IMG/VR virus record: IMGVR_UViG_3300033073_000489 | Location: 18,781-82,780 of that record | Source of the DNA: a virus | Taxonomy: Duplodnaviria; Caudoviricetes | Length of the DNA: 64,000 nt | Reading direction: 5' to 3' (one strand) | Shown here: piece by piece, positions 18,414 through 28,938 of the stretch | How the letters are laid out: each line of letters opens with the position of its first letter | Position numbering within the stretch: the first letter of the stretch is position 1 | The notes under the pieces: generated by a model | Database searches by the model: none | What the model was told of the DNA's origin: nothing | What the model saw: only the letters and a program-made list of their open reading frames with translations | Program-made: the position numbers and the translations under genes

Positions 18414-19439
18414 TTAATCTGCTTTCTTGATTTCTTTAACCAATTGCTCACTACCTGGAACATAATGATATGCTCTAAAGTATTGTTGAGGAGCAGCTTC
18501 TCTTAGAGTAGCTGTTTCTTCTGCAGAAATTTCTTTAATTGTTACACCGTTAGCTACAGCATTGTCTTCGTATGCTTGCGCATCATCTAACGACCACTGA
18601 CGTTCTAACTTAGCAACAACCTTTGCTGCTTTCTTAAACACAGCTTGTTGTTCTGCTGTTAACGAATCAAAGAATGGTCCACCAACTAAGATAGTTGTTA
18701 AGAACATGCTGTGGTTTGTTTTGAGAACATTTTTACCTGCAAAGCGTAGATAAGTAGTTTCAATAGCACCACCTTTAGCTACTTGCTCTGCTGTTTGATC
18801 AATCTTCTGATTCATTCTGCTAGTTGCCTTAGCAGTAAATCTTTCAAAGAATGTGCGAGTCATTGGTGTTGTAGTAATGTCTACAGTCTTTAATGCTTCA
18901 ACACTTTCAATTGGGTGATTAGATCCAACAATGCGATATCCACCTGAGTAAGTAAATGCTAGGCCTTTGACGTTAGTCTTGTCTCCTAGTTCCTTACATA
19001 GTGAATCACCGATTTCACCGTCTAATACTTTGCTAACGTGATCGTGACTGTTAAACAAGAAAGGCAAATCTAAAGTAGCAAACTTATCGTGCAAGTGTCC
19101 GCCGATAACTGTTACTTGTGTTTGGCTTAAATGAATCTTACCGTCGCGCATGCCGTTAAACATTGCAGCCCATTTCTTAGTTACGTCTTTCCATTCAATA
19201 GGAGTAAAGAAGTCACTGTTAGGCAACGACTCGATCCCGTCGACTGTTCCTGGGCGCATTTGAAGTTCTGGAATATCTCCATACTTTTCAATATACTGTT
19301 TCATGGTTAAAATTTCAATCTCAAACTGCCCTGGTAATTCTTTTTCTAGTTCAGCAGCAAATGCTTCTGCTGTTCTAACAAACAAATAGGCAGGTTGGTG
19401 AGCAATTAACCAACGTAGTTTCATAGGTCCTTGAGACAT
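18414..19439 (-). CDS. TRAP DctP-like solute-binding protein, no signal peptide
   Basis: LDLPFLFNSHDH, GLAFTYSGGYR, FDSLTAEQQAVFKKAA. Confidence 0.8.
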   Translation of the reverse strand: MSQGPMKLRWLIAHQPAYLFVRTAEAFAAELEKELPGQFEIEILTMKQYIEKYGDIPELQMRPGTVDGIESLPNSDFFTPIEWKDVTKKWAAMFNGMRDGKIHLSQTQVTVIGGHLHDKFATLDLPFLFNSHDHVSKVLDGEIGDSLCKELGDKTNVKGLAFTYSGGYRIVGSNHPIESVEALKTVDITTTPMTRTFFERFTAKATSRMNQKIDQTAEQVAKGGAIETTYLRFAGKNVLKTNHSMFLTTILVGGPFFDSLTAEQQAVFKKAAKVVAKLERQWSLDDAQAYEDNAVANGVTIKEISAEETATLREAAPQQYFRAYHYVPGSEQLVKEIKKAD

Positions 19440-19451
19440 ATCTGCTCCTAA

Positions 19452-20408
19452 TTAATGTAGTTGAATCTTGCTAACAAGTCCTGGAGTAAAGTAGTCGGCA
19501 TACATGTCGTATACTTGGCTAGTTACTTCCTTAAACTTATTAACTTCATCGCCTGACATAGTTACAACTTCAACACCTTCTGATTCGCATTGTGCTAAAA
19601 TATTTGGAATATCTGCAACTGACTCACGACGCTCTGCGCGAGCTGCATTGAATGCGGCTGTTGCAAAAATTTCTTGAGTTGCTTGATCAAATTGAGACAT
19701 GAAGTCTTTGTTTACAATAATAGAAGTTAAGAACAAGCTGTGTGCTGTGTCGTTAACAACTTTGAAACTCTTGTGCTGATCTAGAGGGAACACACGAACG
19801 TATGTTGACTCACCAGCTTCGATGATACCTTGATCAGCAGCAGCGTTCATCTGCTCTAATTCAATACCTTCAAATGGGACAGCACCTAATAGCTTAAATG
19901 TATCAACTGCTACAGGGCTACGGCTTGTGCGAACTTTCTTGCCTGCCCAAGCAGCAACAGTATCACCACGGAAGTTAGCAGGAACAACACGATAGCCACC
20001 GCTATATGTAAAGCTCATTGCGTGAATGTTACTATTCTTAGAAACACCAGCTAATAGCTCTGCACCAATTTCACCTTCTAAAACGCGATCAGCGTGTGCG
20101 TGATCTTGGAATAGGAATGGTAGATCTAAAGCATGTAGATCTTTATTGTAGTCAGCTAGCCATGTTGTGTAGATGTGGCTCATCTCGATTGTGCCGTCAT
20201 TGATTAGGCCCATCAAGTCATTCTTAGTAATTTTCTTACCATCATTATATTTTGTAGCATAGTCGCTTAGTGACAATACTTCAATATCAAACTTACCACC
20301 AGTTTTTTCGTTCACTTCTTGTGCGAAACGATTTGCTACTTTTAGGAAAAGTCCAATTGGTTCATGGGCGATTACCCAACGAATTTTTGTGCTCATATGA
20401 TTCTCCAT
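19452..20408 (-). CDS. TRAP DctP-like solute-binding protein, no signal peptide
   Basis: LDLPFLFQDHAH, SFTYSGGYR, GKKVRT; paralog of 18414-19439. Confidence 0.85.
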   Translation of the reverse strand: MENHMSTKIRWVIAHEPIGLFLKVANRFAQEVNEKTGGKFDIEVLSLSDYATKYNDGKKITKNDLMGLINDGTIEMSHIYTTWLADYNKDLHALDLPFLFQDHAHADRVLEGEIGAELLAGVSKNSNIHAMSFTYSGGYRVVPANFRGDTVAAWAGKKVRTSRSPVAVDTFKLLGAVPFEGIELEQMNAAADQGIIEAGESTYVRVFPLDQHKSFKVVNDTAHSLFLTSIIVNKDFMSQFDQATQEIFATAAFNAARAERRESVADIPNILAQCESEGVEVVTMSGDEVNKFKEVTSQVYDMYADYFTPGLVSKIQLH

Positions 20409-20446
20409 TTAACGTTAAATTGGGCAGGTCATGACTCTGCTCAAAG

Positions 20447-20454
20447 TATTTATA
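20447..20454 (-). promoter_or_regulatory. T4-type late promoter
   Basis: TATAAATA upstream of the DctP pair. Confidence 0.55.
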
Positions 20455-20707
20455 CTTTTGGAACTTCTAAGCTGTTATCTGCTAGTTTTTTGCCCCAATC
20501 GGCTATGTTCCATGCACGTTCGTGGAAGAAATAAAGTATGCTGTTAACTACTAGGGCAAAGCTAACGACACCTAGACCAACCATCCAGCTACCGCTTGCT
20601 AACCATCCGCCGATGAAATTAGTAATAGTTACTAAGATACGCCAGGTAATGACCTTGGCAACTGAGCGAGGGATGCGCTCTTGGAATTTAGTTTTAATAT
20701 TGAACAT
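20450..20707 (-). CDS. DUF2061 small membrane protein
   Basis: RSVAKVITWR...YFFHERAW signature. Confidence 0.8.
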   Translation of the reverse strand: MFNIKTKFQERIPRSVAKVITWRILVTITNFIGGWLASGSWMVGLGVVSFALVVNSILYFFHERAWNIADWGKKLADNSLEVPKV

Positions 20708-20781
20708 TATGTCTCCTTTGTAATTAAAACTGATTCCTAACCAAAATGCTTTCGTAAAAGCACTTCAGATAAGAATTTCTC

Positions 20782-21666
20782 TTACTTGCTGCTGTTAATT
20801 TTATCTTTATATTTGACTTGTAGAGATTTAACTTGCCCTACAGATCTAGTATAAAACTCTTCAGCAGTGACATTGTCAAACTGCGGCGGGCGCATTGCAG
20901 ATAGATTATAGATCTCTTGCTCGCCTACTTTAGCAGTGGCATTGGTTAAAATCATTGCAATAGCTTTACGTCTTGCTTCTGGCATAGATTTATGTGCAAC
21001 AGTAATATTAAAAACATATGGTGCATCAATTCCTAGTTGTTTTAATGTTTTTACATTGGGTGCTTGTTTTAACCTAGTAGGGCAACTGGCAGCAACCATT
21101 TGAAGTTTAGCGTTTTTCGTCTTTAATGCTTCATAGCTTTCAAACTTGTCAATTACAAATTCAACCCCGTTGTTTCCTGCCATATTGATCAAAGCATCGT
21201 TGTTACTCTTAAACACAATGTATCTAACATCAAACTTATACTTGTCACCTAGTGCTAGGGCAGTTAAGTGTGCAGCATTGCCATAGCCAACTCCCCCGAC
21301 TACAAATTCTTTTTGCCCTTTTAAAGGTTTGTTAGTTACCACTGCCCAACAGGCATCACCGAAAGCGTGTAACGGAATATAGTCTGCTTCGTTTAGCTTA
21401 CCCGACTCTACATTTTCTACGTAAGCGGGGGCAATAATTGCAAGGCTGTTTTCATCTAAACTCTTCACAGCAATAATTTGATTACCACCTGGTTTAAATT
21501 CTACAATAAATTTGTAGATAGATTGACTAGCGTTAGCTTCGTCCACAACCCTGTGTAGTGCAGGAGTAGCACTATGTCCAGGACTGTAGGGGCTATAAAT
21601 TTTAATTGTTTCTGCAAATAGAGAGTTGCTAAAAAGGATCATTAATCCAAGGATAATTTTTTTCAT
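20782..21666 (-). CDS. Bug/TctC-like substrate-binding protein
   Basis: Signal peptide; YSPYSPG, EFKPGGNQIIA, NVKTLKQLGI. Confidence 0.7.
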   Translation of the reverse strand: MKKIILGLMILFSNSLFAETIKIYSPYSPGHSATPALHRVVDEANASQSIYKFIVEFKPGGNQIIAVKSLDENSLAIIAPAYVENVESGKLNEADYIPLHAFGDACWAVVTNKPLKGQKEFVVGGVGYGNAAHLTALALGDKYKFDVRYIVFKSNNDALINMAGNNGVEFVIDKFESYEALKTKNAKLQMVAASCPTRLKQAPNVKTLKQLGIDAPYVFNITVAHKSMPEARRKAIAMILTNATAKVGEQEIYNLSAMRPPQFDNVTAEEFYTRSVGQVKSLQVKYKDKINSSK

Positions 21667-22913
21667 GTATCTGTCCAGTTGATTGAGTAATTAATAATGT
21701 GATGTCTAAAGTATTCTCTTACACTAGGATCTTCCATTGAAAGCATTTCATAATCTTTGCTCAGTGCTAGGTTAGACTGCCACGGAAGAATTGCCTTACC
21801 TTTAATTAGTAAATTGCCTAACGATTCTAATTTAGTTTTAAAATGAAAATACCAATCATTTTTATCATAGTTATGTATGTATTCACGAGCTACGTATTTG
21901 TAAGTCCCCACGGTATTTCTAATCTTACAACCGTTGTTATTATTGGCCATACTCCATAGTTGGTAGTCGGTTCCGTTAAACCAGTTAATTGTAGAATCTA
22001 TACATTCACGTTTAGGCATTTCCATATTGAAATATAATGCACCGCGAACAGAACAGTTTAGATACTTAACATTAAAAATTAACCACCAAAAGAAATCATG
22101 TAATGTATGGACTGGAACTCTTGCAGTATTAATGTTATGGCGATACTTTTCGTATAACAATCTACCAAACTCTAATCCTTCGGGCGTATGATCATATGCC
22201 AAGTGTCTTACAATAATGTCTTTGTAAACACTAAAATGCACTTCGCCGGTTGCTATTTTATATTTTAATGGTCGCAGTCTTTCTCTAGTTTCTGGACTCA
22301 AATGTCTAATATACGCATCGTAGTTGTGATATAGTTCCAACCCAATACTAGTCCCCATAATGCAATCACCTTCGTCAGAAGTAATTGGCATGTATCCTGC
22401 ATTAATGAGATCGTCATACCAATATTTGTGAGAGTCAAGTATTGTAAACTTACCAAAGATATATTTTTCCCACACATAGGGGTTTTCTATAATAACGTGA
22501 ACGCTTGCACATATTACTACAGACTTTAGTTCTTCTGTGGTTAAGTTCTTTAATAGTGCAATTAATACTAGTGTGCTATCCATGCCCCCAGAGTAAAGTA
22601 GTGCAAACTTTTTCCCTGCATTAATTAAGGCTTTAATTTCCAGGGCACGGGCGTCGGTAACTTCTTCGAATGTTTTTTCAAACCTAGGGTTATACTCGGG
22701 CATAGCAAAGTCGGGTATAATTTCTTGCTTCCATGGCAAGCTCCACTCGCTATCATTTCTACTTACAAAACGATTTAACGGAAAACGCCTAGCAATGTCT
22801 AGGTAAAATTTGCCACCGGGTCCTGCCTCTTCTCTAATACTGTTCCAGAAGTCCCACGGTGCAAAGTGATCGCCGCGAATATTATGGAAGTATATAGTAT
22901 CATCTAAATTCAT
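21663..22913 (-). CDS. AsnB-like / PP-loop adenylating enzyme
   Basis: LLYSGGMDST, ITSDEGDCIMG, HDFFWW. Confidence 0.75.
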   Translation of the reverse strand: MNLDDTIYFHNIRGDHFAPWDFWNSIREEAGPGGKFYLDIARRFPLNRFVSRNDSEWSLPWKQEIIPDFAMPEYNPRFEKTFEEVTDARALEIKALINAGKKFALLYSGGMDSTLVLIALLKNLTTEELKSVVICASVHVIIENPYVWEKYIFGKFTILDSHKYWYDDLINAGYMPITSDEGDCIMGTSIGLELYHNYDAYIRHLSPETRERLRPLKYKIATGEVHFSVYKDIIVRHLAYDHTPEGLEFGRLLYEKYRHNINTARVPVHTLHDFFWWLIFNVKYLNCSVRGALYFNMEMPKRECIDSTINWFNGTDYQLWSMANNNNGCKIRNTVGTYKYVAREYIHNYDKNDWYFHFKTKLESLGNLLIKGKAILPWQSNLALSKDYEMLSMEDPSVREYFRHHIINYSINWTDT

Positions 22914-23665
22914 CTTTTTCTAATCAATGGAATTAATATTTTTGCAGAGCTGTCAAACTCCCACCATTTCTCACCAAAGTTGGCAGCACCAGCATTATAA
23001 TGATGATTGTTATGCCAGCCGTGTCCCCATATAAACAATCCAGTAAACCAATTGTTAACTGAGTTATCGTCAGTATTATGATTCCTATATCCCATTGAAG
23101 GCAAATGCCCTACTAGGTTTACTAGGTTATCCTGATGGTGACTTATTAGAATTGCAGGAATTAACATACCTAATGCAAATTGCCAAGAGATTAAAGTAGC
23201 AATAATTATAGTTCCCCAGAATACTTTATTATGGTTTTCGTGTAAGAACATTAGATACGGATCTTTCATAATGTCTCTGGCCGATAGTAAATTTACAGTC
23301 TCTGGATTGATCTTGACCTGCCATGTAATAAACGCACTTAGCTTGCCGTGTATTGGACTGTGAAGGTCTTGCTCTTTATCAGCATATCTATGATGACTTC
23401 CCCTATGTAACGCCACCCAAAACGGCAAACTTCCGTCTGCACTCATGAGTCCTAAGTATGCTAATATCTTAGCAATGATAGGATATGTTTCAAAACTTTT
23501 GTGAGCAAAATATCTATGATAACCAACTGCAACACCGTATCCGCCTATAAGAGTCCATAGAATAAAAATCCCAACAGCGTTTACCCATGTATAGTCTATA
23601 AAAAACAAACTAATAAAAAAAATTGCATGTAGCGGATAACTTACTTCATGTAAATGTTTATTCAT
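22910..23665 (-). CDS. Membrane fatty-acid desaturase (delta9-like)
   Basis: His boxes HRYFAH, HRGSHH, HNNHH; DLHSP. Confidence 0.9.
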   Translation of the reverse strand: MNKHLHEVSYPLHAIFFISLFFIDYTWVNAVGIFILWTLIGGYGVAVGYHRYFAHKSFETYPIIAKILAYLGLMSADGSLPFWVALHRGSHHRYADKEQDLHSPIHGKLSAFITWQVKINPETVNLLSARDIMKDPYLMFLHENHNKVFWGTIIIATLISWQFALGMLIPAILISHHQDNLVNLVGHLPSMGYRNHNTDDNSVNNWFTGLFIWGHGWHNNHHYNAGAANFGEKWWEFDSSAKILIPLIRKR

Positions 23666-24224
23666 TTTTATAACACCACCTCACTGTTTGGTCTACTGGA
23701 AATACAAGCTGATTGACTAGGTTATTTATGAGTATGCTATCTACCCGTTTATTTTTAGGAATAAGGCACATGTCAAAAACTTTATACTTTCTTAATTCTG
23801 CAGAGTGGTCTCGAGTGTTTGCACTAGAAGTAAAGCTAGTCGGTTGCACATAGATAAAATTATGAATATTGTGTGATTCCCAATAAGGTATAGCAGTATC
23901 GTAAAGCGCAGCTATACCATTAGTTGCTGCATCGAATCTAGTATTGCCTTTCTTACACACTACTAGGCTCATATACCATGCAGGTAAAAATAATAGTCGC
24001 TTGGTTACCATAAAAGATATAAGCTCGTGATTATCATCGAAGCAGCCAAATGTTATCACATCCATTGTTAGGATACGTTTAACATCGGAGGCGGACATGC
24101 GGTTCTGCAAAACACGCCTGCTAAATTTATGATGCTCTAAACATAGATTATGAATTTTTTGAAAATCATGATCGTCGCATACTCTTACATACATTCGTTG
24201 ACCCTCTTGGTAAGTTCTTCCCAA
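23658..24224 (-). CDS. GNAT-like hypothetical protein
   Basis: TFGCFDDNHELISFM pattern shared with 32787-33434; fold is inferred. Confidence 0.5.
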   Translation of the reverse strand: MGRTYQEGQRMYVRVCDDHDFQKIHNLCLEHHKFSRRVLQNRMSASDVKRILTMDVITFGCFDDNHELISFMVTKRLLFLPAWYMSLVVCKKGNTRFDAATNGIAALYDTAIPYWESHNIHNFIYVQPTSFTSSANTRDHSAELRKYKVFDMCLIPKNKRVDSILINNLVNQLVFPVDQTVRWCYKNE

Positions 24225-24760
24225 CTTATGCTTGGAACAAAGGTTGCCGAAATAGTTAATCTCGGCAACGTATTTTTACTTACATCTAAGACATGCGGAT
24301 ACTCTGTGCGAACAAACGCACCGGACATTGATAACGTTTCTTGATGTAGCGCAGGTTCTATAATTGGGAGAATAAACGCACCAGAATGGTTGTCAAACGA
24401 TTTAATATCAAAGTCGTCAGGTATAGCATGCCAAGATATAATACCCGGTTCGCCACCGACATAAAAGGCTAGTCGAAAACGGAGAGGCCCCTCAACAGTA
24501 TTCCCATCTATATGATTGCTAGTAACAGTTCCGGGTCTGGCAGTAAATGCATTAATCTTTGCTACTCTCAAACCTAGTTTTCTAGCAAGCTCTGTTAGAT
24601 TTTTTCCAAACTGTGTTTTTAAGATAGTTCTTAAATTTAAATATCCGTGGTATTCTAACTGTTTGGTTGAATCGTGTTCATGGAGCATTGCCTGTATTAA
24701 TGCAACATCTTCTTGAGATGGAGTAAAACTTGTAAAGGGTATTAGGAAGTTTTCTCTCAT
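24185..24760 (-). CDS. 2OG-Fe(II)/cupin oxygenase-like protein
   Basis: NHID, RTEYPHVL, RLTIS. Confidence 0.65.
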   Translation of the reverse strand: MRENFLIPFTSFTPSQEDVALIQAMLHEHDSTKQLEYHGYLNLRTILKTQFGKNLTELARKLGLRVAKINAFTARPGTVTSNHIDGNTVEGPLRFRLAFYVGGEPGIISWHAIPDDFDIKSFDNHSGAFILPIIEPALHQETLSMSGAFVRTEYPHVLDVSKNTLPRLTISATFVPSISWEELTKRVNECM

Positions 24761-26019
24761 CAGTTTGGCCAGTCTATTTGATAGTTAGTAATTTTGTTTC
24801 TAAAGAAGTCTGCAACACCGGGTTCGTCGAAGCACAGCCATTCGTATTTGTTATTAACACCTAGAATATGCCTATCTTGGAATCGCATATTGTGTATCTT
24901 ACCTTTGGTGCGCAAGTTGCTTAACGATTCTAATTTAGTTTTGAAATGAAAATACCATTCATTGTTATCAACATCTTTAATATATTCTCTTGCGGCATAC
25001 TTGTATGTTGCAACAGTATTGCGGATCTTCTGACCATTATTGTTATTGGCCATACTCCATCGCTGATAGTCTGCACCATTAAACCAGTTAATAGTCTGAT
25101 CTATGCATTCCTTAATTTCTAATGAATCGTTAAAGAAAATTGCACCGCGAACAGAGCAGTTCAAATATTTAACGTTAAAAATTAACCACCAAAAGAAATC
25201 ATGTAGTGTATGCACTGGCACATTAGATGTATTTGCGTTATGCACATATTTTTCATATAGCAATCTACCAAATTCTAATCCTTCAGGTGTTTGGTTGTAT
25301 GCCAGATGTTTGACAATAATGTCTTTGTAAACACTAAAATGAACTTCGCCTGTTGCTATCTTATATTTTAATGGTCGCAGTTTTTGTTTAGTTTCGGGAC
25401 TTAGATTATGAATGTAAGCATCATAGTTATGATAAACTTGTAACCCTATGCTAGTCCCCATAATGCAATCGCCTTCGTCGGCAGTAATTGGCATGTATCC
25501 AGCGTTAATAATATCATCATACCAATTGTAGAGTGATTCAATAATAGTAAACTTACCTTGAATATATTTGTTCCATACGTGCGGGTTTTCAAGCATAGCA
25601 TGAACGCTTGTTGAAACAGCAACCGACTTTAATTCTTCTTCAGATAAATTCTTAATTAGAGATAACAATACTAAGGTGCTGTCCATACCGCCCGAATACA
25701 TTACTGCAACCTTTTTGCCCTGCCTTATTAAATCTCTAACATAGAGCGCCCGTTCGTCAGTTACTTCTGCAAATGATTTTGAAAAGTTAGGATCGTATAC
25801 CGGCATTTCAAAACCTGGCATTAATTCTTGATTCCATGGCAATGACCATTCACCTGCTCTAGCAACAAAGCGGCTAGGACTTAGTCGCTTTCCTAGATCA
25901 ATAAAAAACTTTCCACCAGCACTTGATTGCGCTCTTACTTCGTCCCAAAAGGCTACAGGCCCAAAGCGATTTTCGTAGCGAACATTTCCAAAGTATAAGA
26001 TTTCATTTGGTTGTATCAT
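24760..26019 (-). CDS. AsnB-like / PP-loop adenylating enzyme (close paralog of 21663-22913)
   Basis: VMYSGGMDST; start moved to MIQPNE (ATGA overlap). Confidence 0.75.
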   Translation of the reverse strand: MIQPNEILYFGNVRYENRFGPVAFWDEVRAQSSAGGKFFIDLGKRLSPSRFVARAGEWSLPWNQELMPGFEMPVYDPNFSKSFAEVTDERALYVRDLIRQGKKVAVMYSGGMDSTLVLLSLIKNLSEEELKSVAVSTSVHAMLENPHVWNKYIQGKFTIIESLYNWYDDIINAGYMPITADEGDCIMGTSIGLQVYHNYDAYIHNLSPETKQKLRPLKYKIATGEVHFSVYKDIIVKHLAYNQTPEGLEFGRLLYEKYVHNANTSNVPVHTLHDFFWWLIFNVKYLNCSVRGAIFFNDSLEIKECIDQTINWFNGADYQRWSMANNNNGQKIRNTVATYKYAAREYIKDVDNNEWYFHFKTKLESLSNLRTKGKIHNMRFQDRHILGVNNKYEWLCFDEPGVADFFRNKITNYQIDWPN

Positions 26020-26744
26020 GCAGGACCATTCATTGTAAAGTTGTGTTTTTCGTCTATAAGAGTATAATAGTAATCTGCCATCCACCATACTTTGTCATAG
26101 TTTTCTCTCCAGATTGTTTCAATCTTAGATTTAGCTTCTTCAAGTGTTTGACTGAAATATAAAATCTTCTTAATTTCTTGAGTAATTCCGTTTGAAAAAT
26201 CTGACCTATCGGTATACGAGCTAACAGTATCTAACCATTCTTTAGGTAGGAACTCTTGCGCTACAGTATTATTATCGTGGAAGTTTGCGGCTGCGTTACA
26301 CACGCTAGTTGCATACATTGACTTGTGAACATAGTCTGCATATTCTTTAATCTTTGTAAGCATTTCTAAAGGCCTACCAAACTTGTAGTCTGCCGGTAAA
26401 CCTTGATAATCGAGCTGTAGCGGATTATCAATAATTCTTACCATAGGGAGCTGTCCTGCAATCAAGTCTGCAACACCTGCTTTCTTTTGTCTAGTCTTAT
26501 CAAACAACATAAAATGTAAGCAGTTCTCGTTTGTCACTTTGCCGATCGATGCTGGCAAAACATACACCATCGAAGCAATCTTTGATGATAGCACTCTTGC
26601 GGTCTGAAGAGTAGTCCAAAGATCGTATTGATCGATTATCAGCCATCTATCAAAGACTTGACAGTAAATCCCGTAGTTCTTTCGGTTGCCGTCTTTATCA
26701 AAGTAGTAATGATGATATGCTGGCAAATTTGGTCCCCATTCCAT
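26016..26744 (-). CDS. Hypothetical island protein
   Basis: 242-aa ORF coupled to the AsnB-like gene. Confidence 0.7.
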   Translation of the reverse strand: MEWGPNLPAYHHYYFDKDGNRKNYGIYCQVFDRWLIIDQYDLWTTLQTARVLSSKIASMVYVLPASIGKVTNENCLHFMLFDKTRQKKAGVADLIAGQLPMVRIIDNPLQLDYQGLPADYKFGRPLEMLTKIKEYADYVHKSMYATSVCNAAANFHDNNTVAQEFLPKEWLDTVSSYTDRSDFSNGITQEIKKILYFSQTLEEAKSKIETIWRENYDKVWWMADYYYTLIDEKHNFTMNGPA

Positions 26745-26825
26745 TAATTAAAGTCCTATATTATAGGAAATATTTAGTGTGCGATGAATTTCAAGATAAA
26801 TATTGTGACTAAAGGAGTCAAATAT

Positions 26826-27119
26826 ATGACCTATCAACATACAACTATCTTAATTAGACCGGACACTAGTTCGGAATTTTTTACGTTTACCCCTTCTGTC
26901 CAGGCATATGTTAAAGCAACATACGAAGACACAGGCAAGGTTCAAAACGTTTATACAGTTTCCCCAGACGGCCTATCAAAAACTTTACAAAAGACATGGG
27001 TTGATCACGAAGCATCTTTACAGTTTGCACATGATCCTGCACTTCAGGAAGAGTTTGCAAGACGCGATGCATACATGATTGAGCGCGGTCACACTTACAG
27101 ATCATTTCCAACACCCTAA
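26826..27119 (+). CDS. Small hypothetical protein
   Basis: Start moved to MTYQ (AAGGAG SD). Confidence 0.65.
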   Translation: MTYQHTTILIRPDTSSEFFTFTPSVQAYVKATYEDTGKVQNVYTVSPDGLSKTLQKTWVDHEASLQFAHDPALQEEFARRDAYMIERGHTYRSFPTP

Positions 27120-27133
27120 TTTGAAAGGCGAGC

Positions 27134-27961
27134 ATGTTCCAACAGGAAGTATTAGCACATAAATCAGCAATTAAAGATAAGAATTTTGTTGTTCCGGACT
27201 ATATCCTTAACAAAGGCGAAACAAACGTAAATTTGTTTAACAGGCATTGTCCACATAGGATGTATCCTTTAGCAGAACCGGGACAACACGTAGAAAATAT
27301 TCTGTGCGAACTGCACGGATTTGAATGGACTAAATCTGGAATTCCTATCAACAACGATCGAAAGATTGGTTGCGGTAGTGCTAATATTGGTAAGTCTGGA
27401 CTTGTGTTAAAAAACTTTACAGAGCCCAATCATAAATGGGTTGATGTGTTAGCCAGCGAAACTGGCTTAGAATATAGTCACATGTGTAAGGGTGCCAGCA
27501 ACGGCAACTGGTTATTCATGATGGATATTCAAGCAGATTTGTTTCATATTAGAAAAGGCGGTGTCCACCCTGGCCTATCAGAAGAGACAAACTTAGACGA
27601 AGTTACATTAGATCAGGGCGATGGTTGGGTCATACAATACTGCGCAACTGGGTTCTGGCTTGTAATTTATCCATACACTTTTATCGAATGGAGTCCCGGT
27701 TGCCTGGCGATAAACTATGTTACGCCTAACGACCCTGCAAGCGAATTTGGATTTACTTGGAATACACAGTTCTACTATGATCCTGCAACTACCTTAGAAA
27801 AACGTAAACAGTTTGAAACACTAGAAGATGTTTTTAAGGAAGACGTTGGAGCGATCGAAAAGATAAAAGGAAAATTCTTTCCTGTTATGAAATCAGAGAG
27901 TCCACTTGAGGATCACTGTGTTCACTTTGGCCAGTGGTTGTTTCAGAACAGAGTGCGGTAA
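27134..27961 (+). CDS. Rieske [2Fe-2S] oxygenase (ring-hydroxylating alpha-like)
   Basis: CPHR...CELHG Rieske motif; DLFH..GVHP mononuclear-iron His pair; EDVGAIE. Confidence 0.8.
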   Translation: MFQQEVLAHKSAIKDKNFVVPDYILNKGETNVNLFNRHCPHRMYPLAEPGQHVENILCELHGFEWTKSGIPINNDRKIGCGSANIGKSGLVLKNFTEPNHKWVDVLASETGLEYSHMCKGASNGNWLFMMDIQADLFHIRKGGVHPGLSEETNLDEVTLDQGDGWVIQYCATGFWLVIYPYTFIEWSPGCLAINYVTPNDPASEFGFTWNTQFYYDPATTLEKRKQFETLEDVFKEDVGAIEKIKGKFFPVMKSESPLEDHCVHFGQWLFQNRVR

Positions 27962-28865
27962 GTAGCTGCTCTTCTGTATAGATATAAGTGTTAGACCTAA
28001 CTTTAGCAACAATATTTTTTGCACCAAAGTCTAACATAAAGCGAGGCTTTGACATTACCCCTGGGTCTTGTTCCCCTTCAAAGCCTACCATCTTTGGTCT
28101 CACTTCAATACTTGGCCACCACTCTTGATGTATAATTGCCTTACTACTGTTAATTGACAGTTTCCCTGGGATATTGTCGTTAAGCAAGGCCTGAACCATA
28201 GGTAGACGAGTATGTGCTACAATTAGCTCAGGCGAATACTCATACCAGTCAGTAATAGCCGGACGACCTATAGTTTTATGATAAACAGCCCAGTGCTTTG
28301 GCCCTTCTGCTAGTTCAAACACCCACGGATATTTTTTAGTCATATCTCGACTAGTTCTGCGCCAGTAAGATTCCCCACTTCCAAATATAGGAGTTCCATC
28401 TAGATATTCAGTCATCTTCATATGCGGTAACCAACCTGTGCTATTTGCATAGCACTTGGACCAAATATCATACGCTTCTTGTTCAAAGAATTTTTCTAGA
28501 TTAAAATCTATCACTTTAGGAGTAACATTTAATTCTTGACAAATTTTAATAGCACGATCAAACTCTCTATAGTTGTAGTTGTTTTCGTATTTGAAGATGT
28601 AAACATTAATTGGTATTTTTAAATCGTGGTAGATTCGTAAAATAATTTCGCTGTCAATTCCACCGGAGAACAACAGATCTAGATCACCTGAGAATGTATC
28701 GCGAATAAGGGTAGCGTTTGCAGCTAATTCTTCGTAGTAGCTTCTTACAGGGCCGGTTACTATATTTTTAAGTTTAATGTTAAATCTGCTAGTTGGCTTT
28801 AGTTTAGGCCCGTATGGCTCTGCATTATCGTAGTTCCATTCTAACCAATTATCTTTATAAAACAT
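27885..28865 (-). CDS. AsnB-like / PP-loop adenylating enzyme
   Basis: LLFSGGIDSE; start moved to MFYKDNW. Confidence 0.7.
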   Translation of the reverse strand: MFYKDNWLEWNYDNAEPYGPKLKPTSRFNIKLKNIVTGPVRSYYEELAANATLIRDTFSGDLDLLFSGGIDSEIILRIYHDLKIPINVYIFKYENNYNYREFDRAIKICQELNVTPKVIDFNLEKFFEQEAYDIWSKCYANSTGWLPHMKMTEYLDGTPIFGSGESYWRRTSRDMTKKYPWVFELAEGPKHWAVYHKTIGRPAITDWYEYSPELIVAHTRLPMVQALLNDNIPGKLSINSSKAIIHQEWWPSIEVRPKMVGFEGEQDPGVMSKPRFMLDFGAKNIVAKVRSNTYIYTEEQLLTALCSETTTGQSEHSDPQVDSLIS

Positions 28866-28885
28866 GTTTTGTCCTGTAAGTGAGA

Positions 28886-28893
28886 TATTTATA
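28886..28893 (-). promoter_or_regulatory. T4-type late promoter
   Basis: TATAAATA 20 nt before ATG 28865. Confidence 0.6.
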
Positions 28894-28938
28894 GGGCTAG
28901 TTAAAGCTGTAGATAAATACTGAATAAAGGAATTCAAT

